Shown here piece by piece: positions 32,073 to 40,886 of a stretch of 64,000 nucleotides of DNA (the first letter of the stretch is position 1; each line of letters begins with the position of its first letter). The notes under the pieces are model-generated. The model saw only the letters and a list, made by a program, of their open reading frames with translations, was not told the DNA's origin and searched no databases. A program made the position numbers and the translations under genes. Source of the stretch: Shigella phage pSb-1; sequence record KF620435; one strand, written 5' to 3'.

Positions 32073-32906
32073 ATGCCAACTTTGAAAGTAGGTTTTAACA
32101 AAACCACCAATGTTGCAACTGTACTGGATGCCAGTGGTTCTATCCCAGGTGGTTCCGTAGAAGTAGGTACTTTTGTACACCCTGATGCCACTTACCCTGA
32201 TAGTTTAGTTATCTTTCATGGTGTTCGTGATCTGCTGTATAAACGCTCTGCTAAAAACCCAGCCGAAGCAGGCTTCTGGCCTAACAACATCGTGGATATG
32301 CAGTCCATCTCTATTGATATGAAAGCTACTCCACGACTGACTATTGCTACCAAACTGCCTCGTGTAGTCTCCACCATCGAAGGTGAAGATATTAACTGGC
32401 ATGTTGATGTAGCAGGTGGTAAAGCACCATTTACTTATAAATGGCAGTTCAAAGCAAATACTGCTGGTGCAGCATTCGCTGATATTAGCTCTAGTACTAA
32501 CCCATCTGCTGCTACTGCAACATTGATTCTTAATGATGTAACAGCTACTTCTGCTGGTATTTATAAAGTGATTGTTACTGATGCTAATGGAACCACTGTA
32601 GAAGATGAATCGTTGTTAGCTGTAGGCTACTACGAAGCAAGCTCTCTGGTAGCTACTCCTGATTCACTTGCTCTGTCTGTTGCTGACGATCTTGCTGCCG
32701 GTAAGACCGTAACAATTGTTGCTATGCCTGTTGGTTCTTCTTCTGGTGCTTTGTCTATCAAGACCGCTCCAGATTCTGGTCGTGCTACGGCTACCATTGC
32801 TGGTAATGTACTGACAGTTAAACCAGTGGCTGCTGGTGATGCTACTTCTGTAGTAGTTACCAATGGTACGGTAGATGTGACCATCCCTGTTACTGTTGCA
32901 GAATAA
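32073..32906 (+). CDS. Ig-like (Big_2-type) domain protein, N4 gp17-like capsid decoration candidate
   Basis: ATG with GAGGAA RBS; Thr/Ala/Val-rich beta-strand repeats (TVTIVAMPVGSSSGALSIK, VVVTNGTVDVTIPVTV). Confidence 0.4.
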   Translation: MPTLKVGFNKTTNVATVLDASGSIPGGSVEVGTFVHPDATYPDSLVIFHGVRDLLYKRSAKNPAEAGFWPNNIVDMQSISIDMKATPRLTIATKLPRVVSTIEGEDINWHVDVAGGKAPFTYKWQFKANTAGAAFADISSSTNPSAATATLILNDVTATSAGIYKVIVTDANGTTVEDESLLAVGYYEASSLVATPDSLALSVADDLAAGKTVTIVAMPVGSSSGALSIKTAPDSGRATATIAGNVLTVKPVAAGDATSVVVTNGTVDVTIPVTVAE

Positions 32907-32956
32907 GAGTATCCTTTGTTTGGGGTTATAAACCCTGAAATGAAACCCTCAAGTTT

Positions 32957-32987
32957 GACCTCCCTATTGAAGGGAGGTCTTTTTTTG
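32957..32987 (+). terminator. rho-independent terminator
   Basis: GACCTCCC-TATTGAA-GGGAGGTC followed by TTTTTTT. Confidence 0.6.
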
Positions 32988-33011
32988 ACTTAAACATCCT
33001 GGAGCCAGGAA

Positions 33012-33197
33012 ATGAAATCCGAAACAGTCTTTGCTTTGATTGTAGGCTTTGCGTTTGGGCTGTTCACTATGGGTATGTTAATGACTCATATTGGCCCAAA
33101 CTCTAAGGCCAAGGTTGATTCACTCAAGGCTGAATGTGAATTAAATATCCCTCGTAATCAAAACTGTGTAATGCAGTTCGTACCGGAGAAGAAATGA
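33012..33197 (+). CDS. small membrane protein (61 aa)
   Basis: Hydrophobic N-terminus FALIVGFAFGLFTMGMLM. Confidence 0.3.
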   Translation: MKSETVFALIVGFAFGLFTMGMLMTHIGPNSKAKVDSLKAECELNIPRNQNCVMQFVPEKK

Positions 33198-33379
33198 AAT
33201 TAACTCAGTCCCAAGCAATCTTCCTTCGTATGGTTCAAGGTGGCTCTGCCACCAGCAACCGTAATAACAAAACCGCACAGTCTCTTAAGAAGCTGGGCTT
33301 AGTACAGTTCAATGCTGGTCTTGGGTGGTCATTAACCCCTACCGGAGCACTGCAACTCAACGAATTAAAGGGTAACTAA
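33194..33379 (+). CDS. hypothetical protein (61 aa)
   Basis: ORF with overlapping start. Confidence 0.3.
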   Translation: MKLTQSQAIFLRMVQGGSATSNRNNKTAQSLKKLGLVQFNAGLGWSLTPTGALQLNELKGN

Positions 33380-33709
33380 ATGAAAACTTTACTTAAAGGT
33401 ATTGCAGTAGCTGCACTGATAGCTTTGGTTCCAAATGCACAAGCAATTGAACCAGAACCTATTCTGGAAGGTGCTCAGGCTTATCTGGATGACACCAGGG
33501 ATGCGTTCGGACAAGGATTCTTCATGGGCAGTATGATCTCTTACATCGAGAGCACAAATAACTGTGTTCCCGAAGGTATTAAGTATTCAGTCATTCCGCC
33601 TAAAATTGCCAAAGTAGTTATTTATGATTCTGCAATCCTCAAATTGAAGAATACATCTCAAATTGTTGTGTACTCAGTACACAAGGCATACCCCTGCACT
33701 AAATCTTAA
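33380..33709 (+). CDS. secreted/periplasmic protein candidate (109 aa)
   Basis: Signal-peptide-like N-terminus MKTLLKGIAVAALIALVPNAQA. Confidence 0.35.
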   Translation: MKTLLKGIAVAALIALVPNAQAIEPEPILEGAQAYLDDTRDAFGQGFFMGSMISYIESTNNCVPEGIKYSVIPPKIAKVVIYDSAILKLKNTSQIVVYSVHKAYPCTKS

Positions 33710-33743
33710 TTAGCAATTCCATTAGCTTTAGGAGAGTAAGTAA

Positions 33744-33947
33744 ATGGCAAGCATTGACTCCTTGACCGTATGTAATTCACGTCAAGCTCGTAACTTTATT
33801 ATCCGTGCCCTAAAAGCAGGCAACGTACCGTTCCTGACTTCATCACCCGGCATGGGTAAATCTGCAATCATTCGTTCTATTGCAGAAGAATTTGGCATGA
33901 AGCTGATAGACCACCGTCTATCTACTTCTGCCCCGGAAGACCTTAAC
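33744..33947 (+). CDS. MoxR-like AAA ATPase, exon 1 (Walker A)
   Basis: SSPGMGKS P-loop; frame ends at TAA 33948..33950 just after EDLN, where MoxR-type proteins continue. Confidence 0.6.
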
Positions 33948-34816
33948 TAATAGGGCTTTGTGGGGGTGACCTCACATCGAAAGCTATCTAAATGGGGAAA
34001 CTCCTACTATTACAGGGAAACCATGATACACTCTGGTTTCCCAATAGAGGACAATCCCATGCTAAATATTAATGAAAGTTGGAAAGACATTGTTGGTTAT
34101 GAAGGTTACTATGAAGTCTCTACGCATGGTCGCGTTAGAAATACCCGTACAGGTATGATAAAGAACCAATGTGTACAGACTAGCGGTAAGTATCTACAAG
34201 TCAGTTTGTGGAAAGGCAACAAAGAAAAAAGATGTTTAATACATCGCTTAGTTGCTATAGCCTTCATTCCTAACCCTGAAGACAAGCCTCAAGTAAACCA
34301 TTTAGACAAAAATGATAAGAACAACCATGTTCAAAATTTGGAATGGGTAACCATATCCGAGAATCATTTACATGCATTTGCTAATGGTAGAAAAGGCTCC
34401 AAATCCCGACTAGGTGAAAAAACTAGTAAAGCCTCTCAGTACCGATATGTGTACTGGGATACCAAAAGAGCTGTTTGGAAAGCATCTATAAAGATAGATG
34501 GCAAAACAGTAAACATTGGTAGATTCAATACTGACCTAGAGGCAGCTTTAGCCGCTGATGAGGCAATTGATTCCTGGGGCTGGGATAGAATTAAAAACTT
34601 TCAATAATTAAATGCCTAACGACTATCGAAAACACGTAGTGATACGGAAGTGAGTAGAGTAGGGTGCAAGCCAATGGCACTCGAAAAGATAGCCACCCGG
34701 ACAGGTAAAGCTGAGGGTGTTGATATAGTCTGGTCTGCGTAGTAATACGTAGCTGTATATGTCCAACTCGCATATACGGGTAGAGCCTTGCAAACTCTAC
34801 TGAACATAACGTAGTG
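33948..34816 (+). mobile_element. group I intron (IA2-like) with HNH homing endonuclease ORF; boundaries within a few nt
   Basis: Splits the ATPase gene between Walker A and Walker B; second exon has no start codon; GACTAT (34619..34624) pairs with ATAGTC in GATATAGTCTGG (~34746..34757), as in P7 of T4 td-type introns. Confidence 0.6.
34059..34607 (+). CDS. intron-encoded HNH homing endonuclease (NUMOD4 + HNH + AP2-like)
   Basis: WKDIVGYEGYYEVSTHGRVRN; HRLVAIAF...NHLDKNDKNNHVQNLEWVTISEN; C-terminal YRYVYWDTKRAVWKASIKIDGKTVNIGRF; AGAGGA RBS before ATG 34059. Confidence 0.7.
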   Translation: MLNINESWKDIVGYEGYYEVSTHGRVRNTRTGMIKNQCVQTSGKYLQVSLWKGNKEKRCLIHRLVAIAFIPNPEDKPQVNHLDKNDKNNHVQNLEWVTISENHLHAFANGRKGSKSRLGEKTSKASQYRYVYWDTKRAVWKASIKIDGKTVNIGRFNTDLEAALAADEAIDSWGWDRIKNFQ

Positions 34817-35664
34817 GTCTGCCATTCCGTAATGGTGACCGTGCAGAGTTTATTCCATTCGCTGACTTATTCCCTATTGAAGGGGATGAAGTACCAGAAG
34901 GATATAACGGGTGGCTCCTGTTCCTTGATGAGTTCCCATCCGCTCGTAAAGAAGTAATAGCTGCTGCATACAAACTAATTCTAGACCGTATGACAGGTCA
35001 GAAAAAACTTCATCCTAATGTGATGATTGTCTGTGCTGGTAACAAAGCTACTGACCGTGCCATTGTTAACCCGCTAGGCACTGCAATGCAGTCTCGTGTG
35101 GTCCATTTTGAAATGGAACTTAACTTCGACATCTTTGTTGAAGACGTAATGATTCCTCAACAATGGGATGAACGTCTGGTTGCATTCTTACATGCTAACC
35201 CTGGTTATCTGCATGACTTCGACCCGGCCCATAAGAACAAAACATTCTGTTGTCCTCGTACTTGGGACTTTGTTAATAAAGACCTCAAGAACCAGCCAGA
35301 AGGTGCTCTTCCTGATGAAGATTCCATCTACTATGCAGGTCACGTTACTGCTGGTAAGGCTACAGAATTTGTTCAGTTCACTCAGGTATATAATCGTATC
35401 ATTACGATTGAAAAGGTAGTCAAAGACCCACTGGGCTGTGCACTACCGGAAGATAACAACCTGTGCTGGGCTACCGTTAACCATCTGGCTAACAAAACTA
35501 CTGAAGAGAACTTTGTTGATGTTCTTCAGTACATTGAACGCTTTAAAACGTTCACCCATAAGATTCTGTACTTCCGTACAGTAGGCAATGCATTACCAGA
35601 TCTTCAGGCTACTCCTGAATGGCGTAAGGCTGCTGCTAATATCTCTCGTTACATTCACGGATAA
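34816..35664 (+). CDS. MoxR-like AAA ATPase, exon 2 (Walker B onward)
   Basis: In-frame continuation GLPFRNGDRAEF...GWLLFLDEF (Walker B) with no initiation codon until far downstream. Confidence 0.6.
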   Translation, partial: GLPFRNGDRAEFIPFADLFPIEGDEVPEGYNGWLLFLDEFPSARKEVIAAAYKLILDRMTGQKKLHPNVMIVCAGNKATDRAIVNPLGTAMQSRVVHFEMELNFDIFVEDVMIPQQWDERLVAFLHANPGYLHDFDPAHKNKTFCCPRTWDFVNKDLKNQPEGALPDEDSIYYAGHVTAGKATEFVQFTQVYNRIITIEKVVKDPLGCALPEDNNLCWATVNHLANKTTEENFVDVLQYIERFKTFTHKILYFRTVGNALPDLQATPEWRKAAANISRYIHG

Positions 35665-35671
35665 TCACAAC

Positions 35672-36845
35672 ATGAACCAATTTCCTCAGCACACACTTAG
35701 TGATGAACAACTCATGCGTGAGTACGACCGTATTCAGGCTAAGGCGTTTCTTGGACGCAGTGCAGCGTTCTTTGGTTCATTACTGTGTAGTCTTAAGTTC
35801 TCATGGAATCGTGAGAATTGTCCCACTGCATGTACTGATGGGATAGAACTCCATTTCAACCCAGACTTCTTTATCTGGATGTGTCCAGATGCAAGAGAAA
35901 CAGTGTTAATGCACGAACTCTGGCATGTGGCATATCTACATGACATCCGTCGTGGAAGCCGTGACCCAGAAGTCTGGAACCAGGCATGTGACCACTTCAT
36001 TAACCTTCAGTTAGAAGAAGATGGTTACAAGTTCACTGGCATTGATAAAGGCATTTGCAAAGACCCTCAATATAAAGGATGGGTCGAAGAAGACATCTAC
36101 GATGACCTGATGAAGAACCTCAGAAAAGGCAGAAGCCGTCTGGGGGTGCTGGAGCTGGTCTTGCTGGCGACATGAAATCCCCACTTCGGGGCAGTCCCAG
36201 GGTGCTGTTGTCAACAACGTAGTACGTGCAATGCAGAGCCAGAAGATGGCTGGTGGACAGATGCCCGGTAAAGGTGCTGGTCGTATGGAAGAGGTTATTA
36301 CCCAATTCCTTAAACCAGTGGTTCCATGGCAGGAAGTTCTGATGAACTTCTTTACCGACATTGATGACACTCACTATACGTGGGCCAGGCCTAACCGTCG
36401 TTACACTGACATTTATCTACCTTCCCTGGAAGATGATGAAGGACGCTTACGACACTTAGCTTATTTTGAGGATGTATCTGGTTCTATTAGTAGTGCTGAT
36501 TCTCTGCGTTTTAACTCAGAGGTTGCCTATGTTAAGAGCCAGTTCAATCCTAAGAAGATGTCCCTAATTACCTTCGACGATGTTATCCAGGAAGAGATAG
36601 ACATCACTGAAGAAGATACTTTTGAAGAGATTAAGATTACAGGTCGTGGTGGTACAAGCCTTGTGCCTGTACGAGATTGGATTATTAAGAATAAGCCAAC
36701 CGCTGCAATCATATTCTCCGATATGTATGTTCGTCCAATGGAAGAATTGCCATTTGATATCCCCATCATCTGGTGTGTTCTGAATAATCCCAATGCTACC
36801 GTACCTTTTGGGGAGGTAGTTCATATCCCTAAAGGAATGAAATAA
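35672..36845 (+). CDS. metallopeptidase (HExxH) - von Willebrand A domain protein, frameshifted twice (~36142..36146 and ~36178..36182)
   Basis: HELWHVAYLH zinc-binding motif; C-terminal vWA-like region; three frames link through a G-run and a C-run in a Gly-rich linker. Confidence 0.5.
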
Positions 36846-37351
36846 TGGTTGTTAATGGTAATTCTCTTTATCGTTCATCCCAATTGCTGGATGTCCCAGA
36901 CCGTAAGGTATCCGAACATGGTGTAAGCTATGGATTAGGTGAAGCTGGTTATGATATTCGTATCAAACAGGATATTACCTTCTATCGCTTATTTGGGTTG
37001 ATTCCAATGGTGAAGGTCGTTGATGGAGATCAAGTATCACGCCATTTCGGTAAGTTCACATTGGCTTCAGCAATTGAGAAGTTCAACATGTCCCCATCCT
37101 GTGTAGCTATCGTTCATGACAAGTCTACATGGGCAAGACGTGCATTATCTGTGTTCAATACCGTAATAGAACCAGGATGGAAAGGGTATTTGACTCTTGA
37201 ACTGGTCTATCATGGTCGTAAGAAATTACATATCCCGGCTGGTGCTGGGATAGCTCAAGTATTATTTCATCTGGTTCAAGAACCTGCTAATTACAATGGC
37301 AAGTATCAGAACCAGGAAAACCAACCAGTAGCTGCTAGACCTTCAAAATAA
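36845..37351 (+). CDS. dcd: dCTP deaminase / dUTPase-fold protein
   Basis: GVSYGLGEAGYDIRI and overall 168 aa pattern. Confidence 0.45.
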   Translation: MVVNGNSLYRSSQLLDVPDRKVSEHGVSYGLGEAGYDIRIKQDITFYRLFGLIPMVKVVDGDQVSRHFGKFTLASAIEKFNMSPSCVAIVHDKSTWARRALSVFNTVIEPGWKGYLTLELVYHGRKKLHIPAGAGIAQVLFHLVQEPANYNGKYQNQENQPVAARPSK

Positions 37352-37381
37352 AAGGCTATCCGGCTTAATCAAGGAAACAAC

Positions 37382-37582
37382 ATGTCAATATTTCAAGTAA
37401 CTCCTACCGACAGCACTATGCGTAAAACTATTGTTGCAACTAATGTAGTAGATGTAGATGAAACTCCAGCTGGTGCTGTAATTCATCTGATTGATGGTCG
37501 TTCAGTATCTGTGAAAGAAAGCTATCGTTCAGTACGTGGTTACGTTCGTAAAGCTTTGACTGCTGCTTCAGAAGCAGAGTAA
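37382..37582 (+). CDS. hypothetical protein (66 aa)
   Basis: ORF with AAGGAAACA upstream. Confidence 0.3.
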   Translation: MSIFQVTPTDSTMRKTIVATNVVDVDETPAGAVIHLIDGRSVSVKESYRSVRGYVRKALTAASEAE

Positions 37583-37619
37583 GTAGCTGCCTAAATAGCC
37601 CAGCATATTTGGGCTATTT

Positions 37620-37898
37620 GTGAAGAAACTAACTCAACCCCACATAGGAACCATCATGGAATCTTTAGCAGCAATCCTTGTTCTGTTATTCGTATTAGCT
37701 GTATACCTTATCCCTACTATCATTGCTTTTGCACGAGGCCACGCCTCTAAGTGGGGTATTGGTGTGCTTAATATCGTATTAGGCTGGTCACTAGTCTTCT
37801 GGGTAGTAGCATTGATTTGGTCGCTGTCCAACAAAGGTCAGAACCAAGTTACAAATGTAACTGTTGTTCAAACCAATGGTGGCAGTAAAGCAGAGTAA
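37620..37898 (+). CDS. superinfection-immunity (Imm)-like small membrane protein
   Basis: Two TM segments with IPTIIAFARGH ... LNIVLGWSLVFWVVALIWS. Confidence 0.4.
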   Translation: MKKLTQPHIGTIMESLAAILVLLFVLAVYLIPTIIAFARGHASKWGIGVLNIVLGWSLVFWVVALIWSLSNKGQNQVTNVTVVQTNGGSKAE

Positions 37899-37973
37899 CT
37901 AACCTAAGCATCATTACATAGTGGTGCTTGTGGAAGTTGCTTCCAGCTCATTGCTTATCCATCTCCTAACCCA

Positions 37974-38000
37974 AGCCCACCTAACCCGTGGGCTTTTTTA
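37974..38000 (+). terminator. rho-independent terminator
   Basis: AGCCCAC-CTAACCC-GTGGGCT followed by TTTTTTA. Confidence 0.55.
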
Positions 38001-38015
38001 ATTACAGGTACTGTT

Positions 38016-38408
38016 ATGTTTCAAAATAGACGAGGTAAATCAGTCCTATATGACATGGACTTTAGCAAACTGGAAGAGAGACTAATTGCTCATGCAGGCA
38101 TTCATGACTCAGTGGACATTACTGTTTCTAAGTTTGATTTAAAGAATCTGGAAAAAATGTTCTCCAAGATGGATCAAGCATTAACTAGAGGTTGGGCGCC
38201 TGTATTTGTTGATACATATATACCTTCCCCACCAAGACTTAAGAGCCAGGTAGACAGGATTATAGATTCCTTCTGGGAAAATCCAGTAGAAGGTGATGTA
38301 TATCTTTACCTGGCTCAATTGGAAAAGAATCCCAGAACCAAAGACGTATTTAAGGGTAAGAGCACTACCCATCACTACCCCTGGTATAGAAGAGGTAGTA
38401 AATACTAA
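38016..38408 (+). CDS. hypothetical protein (130 aa)
   Basis: ORF. Confidence 0.3.
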   Translation: MFQNRRGKSVLYDMDFSKLEERLIAHAGIHDSVDITVSKFDLKNLEKMFSKMDQALTRGWAPVFVDTYIPSPPRLKSQVDRIIDSFWENPVEGDVYLYLAQLEKNPRTKDVFKGKSTTHHYPWYRRGSKY

Positions 38409-38851
38409 TGCGTATCCCATTCCTAAGAAAAAGGGAACGAAATCCTGTTCTTTACAATAAAGGCATAGAGGATGAGTATGAACTCAATCGTAAAGCTCGT
38501 TCCTACACAACAGAATTATTCATAGGGACTAGAAATCCTGATAGATTACTGGACTTTGTTTTTGAACAAGTCTTTATCATATACAGCTTAGCTATGTCTG
38601 CTGGTTCACAAGAAGTAAGTGATAAGGCAAGAAATGCTCTCTGTATGCTCCGTAGGGAGTATGAAGCCCTCATGTATGAAGACTTATACTCCTTTAAAAA
38701 AGAAACCGCTGTAGCGTGTTCTGTGGCTCTTACTGAAGGTGTAGCAGTATTACAGGAACTACCTCGTAGTGAGTTTAAGCTGGTATATGTTCAGGTTAAG
38801 AAAATCACAGAAACGAGAAGTGGTATCACCAACTATCTAAGGTCATTCTAA
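38408..38851 (+). CDS. hypothetical protein (147 aa)
   Basis: ORF with overlapping start/stop. Confidence 0.3.
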   Translation: MRIPFLRKRERNPVLYNKGIEDEYELNRKARSYTTELFIGTRNPDRLLDFVFEQVFIIYSLAMSAGSQEVSDKARNALCMLRREYEALMYEDLYSFKKETAVACSVALTEGVAVLQELPRSEFKLVYVQVKKITETRSGITNYLRSF

Positions 38852-39768
38852 TGATTAAGGCATCAGTTATTGCAGATTCCGTTCATCCAGAAACAGGAAC
38901 TCGTATCACAACCTTTGAATTGGTTTATCCCCGATTCATTCACAGTGAGTTTATGACACACCGTGTATTCAACCGCAATGCTTCAAGCAGTCGTGCTATC
39001 CCCACTGCTAAGTTCATCGAACAGGTTCGTAATGAGCCAGTGATGCCAAGTCACTGGGGCAAGAACCAGAAAGGCATGCAGGCATTTGAAGAACTATTAG
39101 AAGACCAACGCAGTGATGCAATTTTTATCTGGGAACAGGCTGCATCCAGTGTTGCTACCTATGCAGAAATGCTGCGTCGTGGGCAAGTGCATAAGCAGAT
39201 TGTTAACCGCATTCTGGAACCATTCACACATATTCGTGTAGTAGTAACCTCAACTAGCTGGGCTAATTTCTATGGACTGCGTGACCACAAAGATGCACAA
39301 CCAGAGATTCGTGAACTGGCTCAGGCAATGCGTAAGGCACATGAAGAAAGTACACCGAGAGCATTACCATATGGGCAATGGCATCTACCGTATATTGCCC
39401 ATATTGATCGTGTTGGGGCTTACAATTTCTGCAAACGCAATCGAGTTACACGCGATGAACCAAGTGATGCAGAAGTACATGGACTACTTCTCAAAGTAAG
39501 TGCTGCACGCTGTGCACGTGCTTCTTATAACAATTTTGAAGGACGTCCATCCACTATTGAAGAAGACCTTGGCTTATTCGCTAAATTAGTGGAAAACCAA
39601 CCTATTCATGCTTCTCCAACGGAACATCAAGCTACACCTATGAACCTTGGTGAAAAGTACGTTAATAACATGAACCAGTTACCTGGGAACAAGGTGTTAC
39701 ATCCATGGATAAAGAAGGAAATCTGTACTCAGGTAACCTGCTTCATTTTATCCAATTCCGTAAATTAA
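38851..39768 (+). CDS. thyX: FAD-dependent thymidylate synthase ThyX-like
   Basis: THRVFNRNASSSR fits the ThyX RHR-x7-S-x-R signature; C-terminal ~25 residues may be out of frame. Confidence 0.55.
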   Translation: MIKASVIADSVHPETGTRITTFELVYPRFIHSEFMTHRVFNRNASSSRAIPTAKFIEQVRNEPVMPSHWGKNQKGMQAFEELLEDQRSDAIFIWEQAASSVATYAEMLRRGQVHKQIVNRILEPFTHIRVVVTSTSWANFYGLRDHKDAQPEIRELAQAMRKAHEESTPRALPYGQWHLPYIAHIDRVGAYNFCKRNRVTRDEPSDAEVHGLLLKVSAARCARASYNNFEGRPSTIEEDLGLFAKLVENQPIHASPTEHQATPMNLGEKYVNNMNQLPGNKVLHPWIKKEICTQVTCFILSNSVN

Positions 39769-39790
39769 TCCCAGGTGAGACTATTACTGA

Positions 39791-40027
39791 ATGAAACGCC
39801 TAGCTATTCAAGCAATGATTATAAGTATCATCCTGGTTCTGGAATTTGTATTTTCATTGCACAATGCTCAGAGCCTAGAAGAGATGTTCTTCGTAGTGGC
39901 TCGCTTCTCTGCATGTGTTCTTGGCCTATGGTGTGTATATTATTATGCACGAGACTATGTAGCCATTAAGGAACATGATGAAGCGAAAGAACGTATGAGA
40001 CGCTTCATTGAAGAAAATAGTAAGTAA
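39791..40027 (+). CDS. small membrane protein (78 aa)
   Basis: Two hydrophobic segments. Confidence 0.3.
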   Translation: MKRLAIQAMIISIILVLEFVFSLHNAQSLEEMFFVVARFSACVLGLWCVYYYARDYVAIKEHDEAKERMRRFIEENSK

Positions 40028-40032
40028 ACCTA

Positions 40033-40059
40033 AGACCTCCTCCGGGAGGTCTTTTTTTG
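40033..40059 (+). terminator. rho-independent terminator
   Basis: AGACCTCC-TCCG-GGAGGTCT followed by TTTTTTT. Confidence 0.6.
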
Positions 40060-40086
40060 GTTTCAATTACTGTCCCAGGAGGACTT

Positions 40087-40311
40087 ATGGCAAGTTGGTA
40101 TGCAACTATGTTGGAGAAAGACTCCAATGGAATATACAGGGAATCTACAGGCAGTTTTAAAAACATCTGTATAGATGGGCGTTTATGCAAAATTAACGCA
40201 ATAGATACTGCGGAAGAAATTCTGTTTAAAGAAGCAGGGTATGCAGGTTTTAAGTTGGAAAAACTTAATAGAGCCTGGGATTACAGAAATCCCATTATTA
40301 TTAAAAAATAA
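40087..40311 (+). CDS. hypothetical protein (74 aa)
   Basis: ATG 40087 with AGGAGGA RBS. Confidence 0.3.
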   Translation: MASWYATMLEKDSNGIYRESTGSFKNICIDGRLCKINAIDTAEEILFKEAGYAGFKLEKLNRAWDYRNPIIIKK

Positions 40312-40320
40312 GGAAACAAT

Positions 40321-40539
40321 ATGCCTGCTAAATACCGTATCAAAGACACACCAGTAATGTGTGAGGGTGAGAAGGGCGACATTGTATATGCCTGTATCCA
40401 GGATGATTTCAATGCTGCTCAGATGCTAACCCAAATGACAAATACACTACATGTATCAGTAACACTGGACCCTACCGGTGACTATCCATGCTTCCCTATC
40501 CCTGCCCATAACCTGGAGCAAATTCATGATCAATCCTGA
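40321..40539 (+). CDS. hypothetical protein (72 aa)
   Basis: ORF with AAGGAAACA upstream. Confidence 0.3.
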   Translation: MPAKYRIKDTPVMCEGEKGDIVYACIQDDFNAAQMLTQMTNTLHVSVTLDPTGDYPCFPIPAHNLEQIHDQS

Positions 40540-40846
40540 AGTTATTCATAGTAAAACCGGTAAGGCTGTCCCACTTAGTGAGATTGCAGTAACTGGTGAT
40601 ATTGCTGCTTGTCCTGCAAATATTGCTTCTCTCTGTATGTGCATTGCTGCACTAGCAGAAGAACGTAAGTTATGGCTGGAACCAAGCAAGGAAATGATTC
40701 AGGCTGGTTTAGCTGAAGTGCAAAACACATTAGATAACTGGGAAGAGAACGGCCCACTCCCTTATGGGACGGTCAACGATATAACAGATGACATGGCATC
40801 AGATATGGCTGTGTTTGTATTACAAGCAATGGCAAGTAAACGTTAA
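40526..40846 (+). CDS. hypothetical protein (106 aa)
   Basis: ATG 40526 with GGAG RBS. Confidence 0.3.
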   Translation: MINPEVIHSKTGKAVPLSEIAVTGDIAACPANIASLCMCIAALAEERKLWLEPSKEMIQAGLAEVQNTLDNWEENGPLPYGTVNDITDDMASDMAVFVLQAMASKR

Positions 40847-40886
40847 TCAATGTTAAGAAGCAACATTTAATCTGGAGAGTAAATAA

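Noticed and set aside
39700-39790. Possible frame error at the C-terminus of ThyX
   Set aside because: An alternative frame also reads protein-like, but there is no clear homopolymer or conserved motif to decide; left as annotated.
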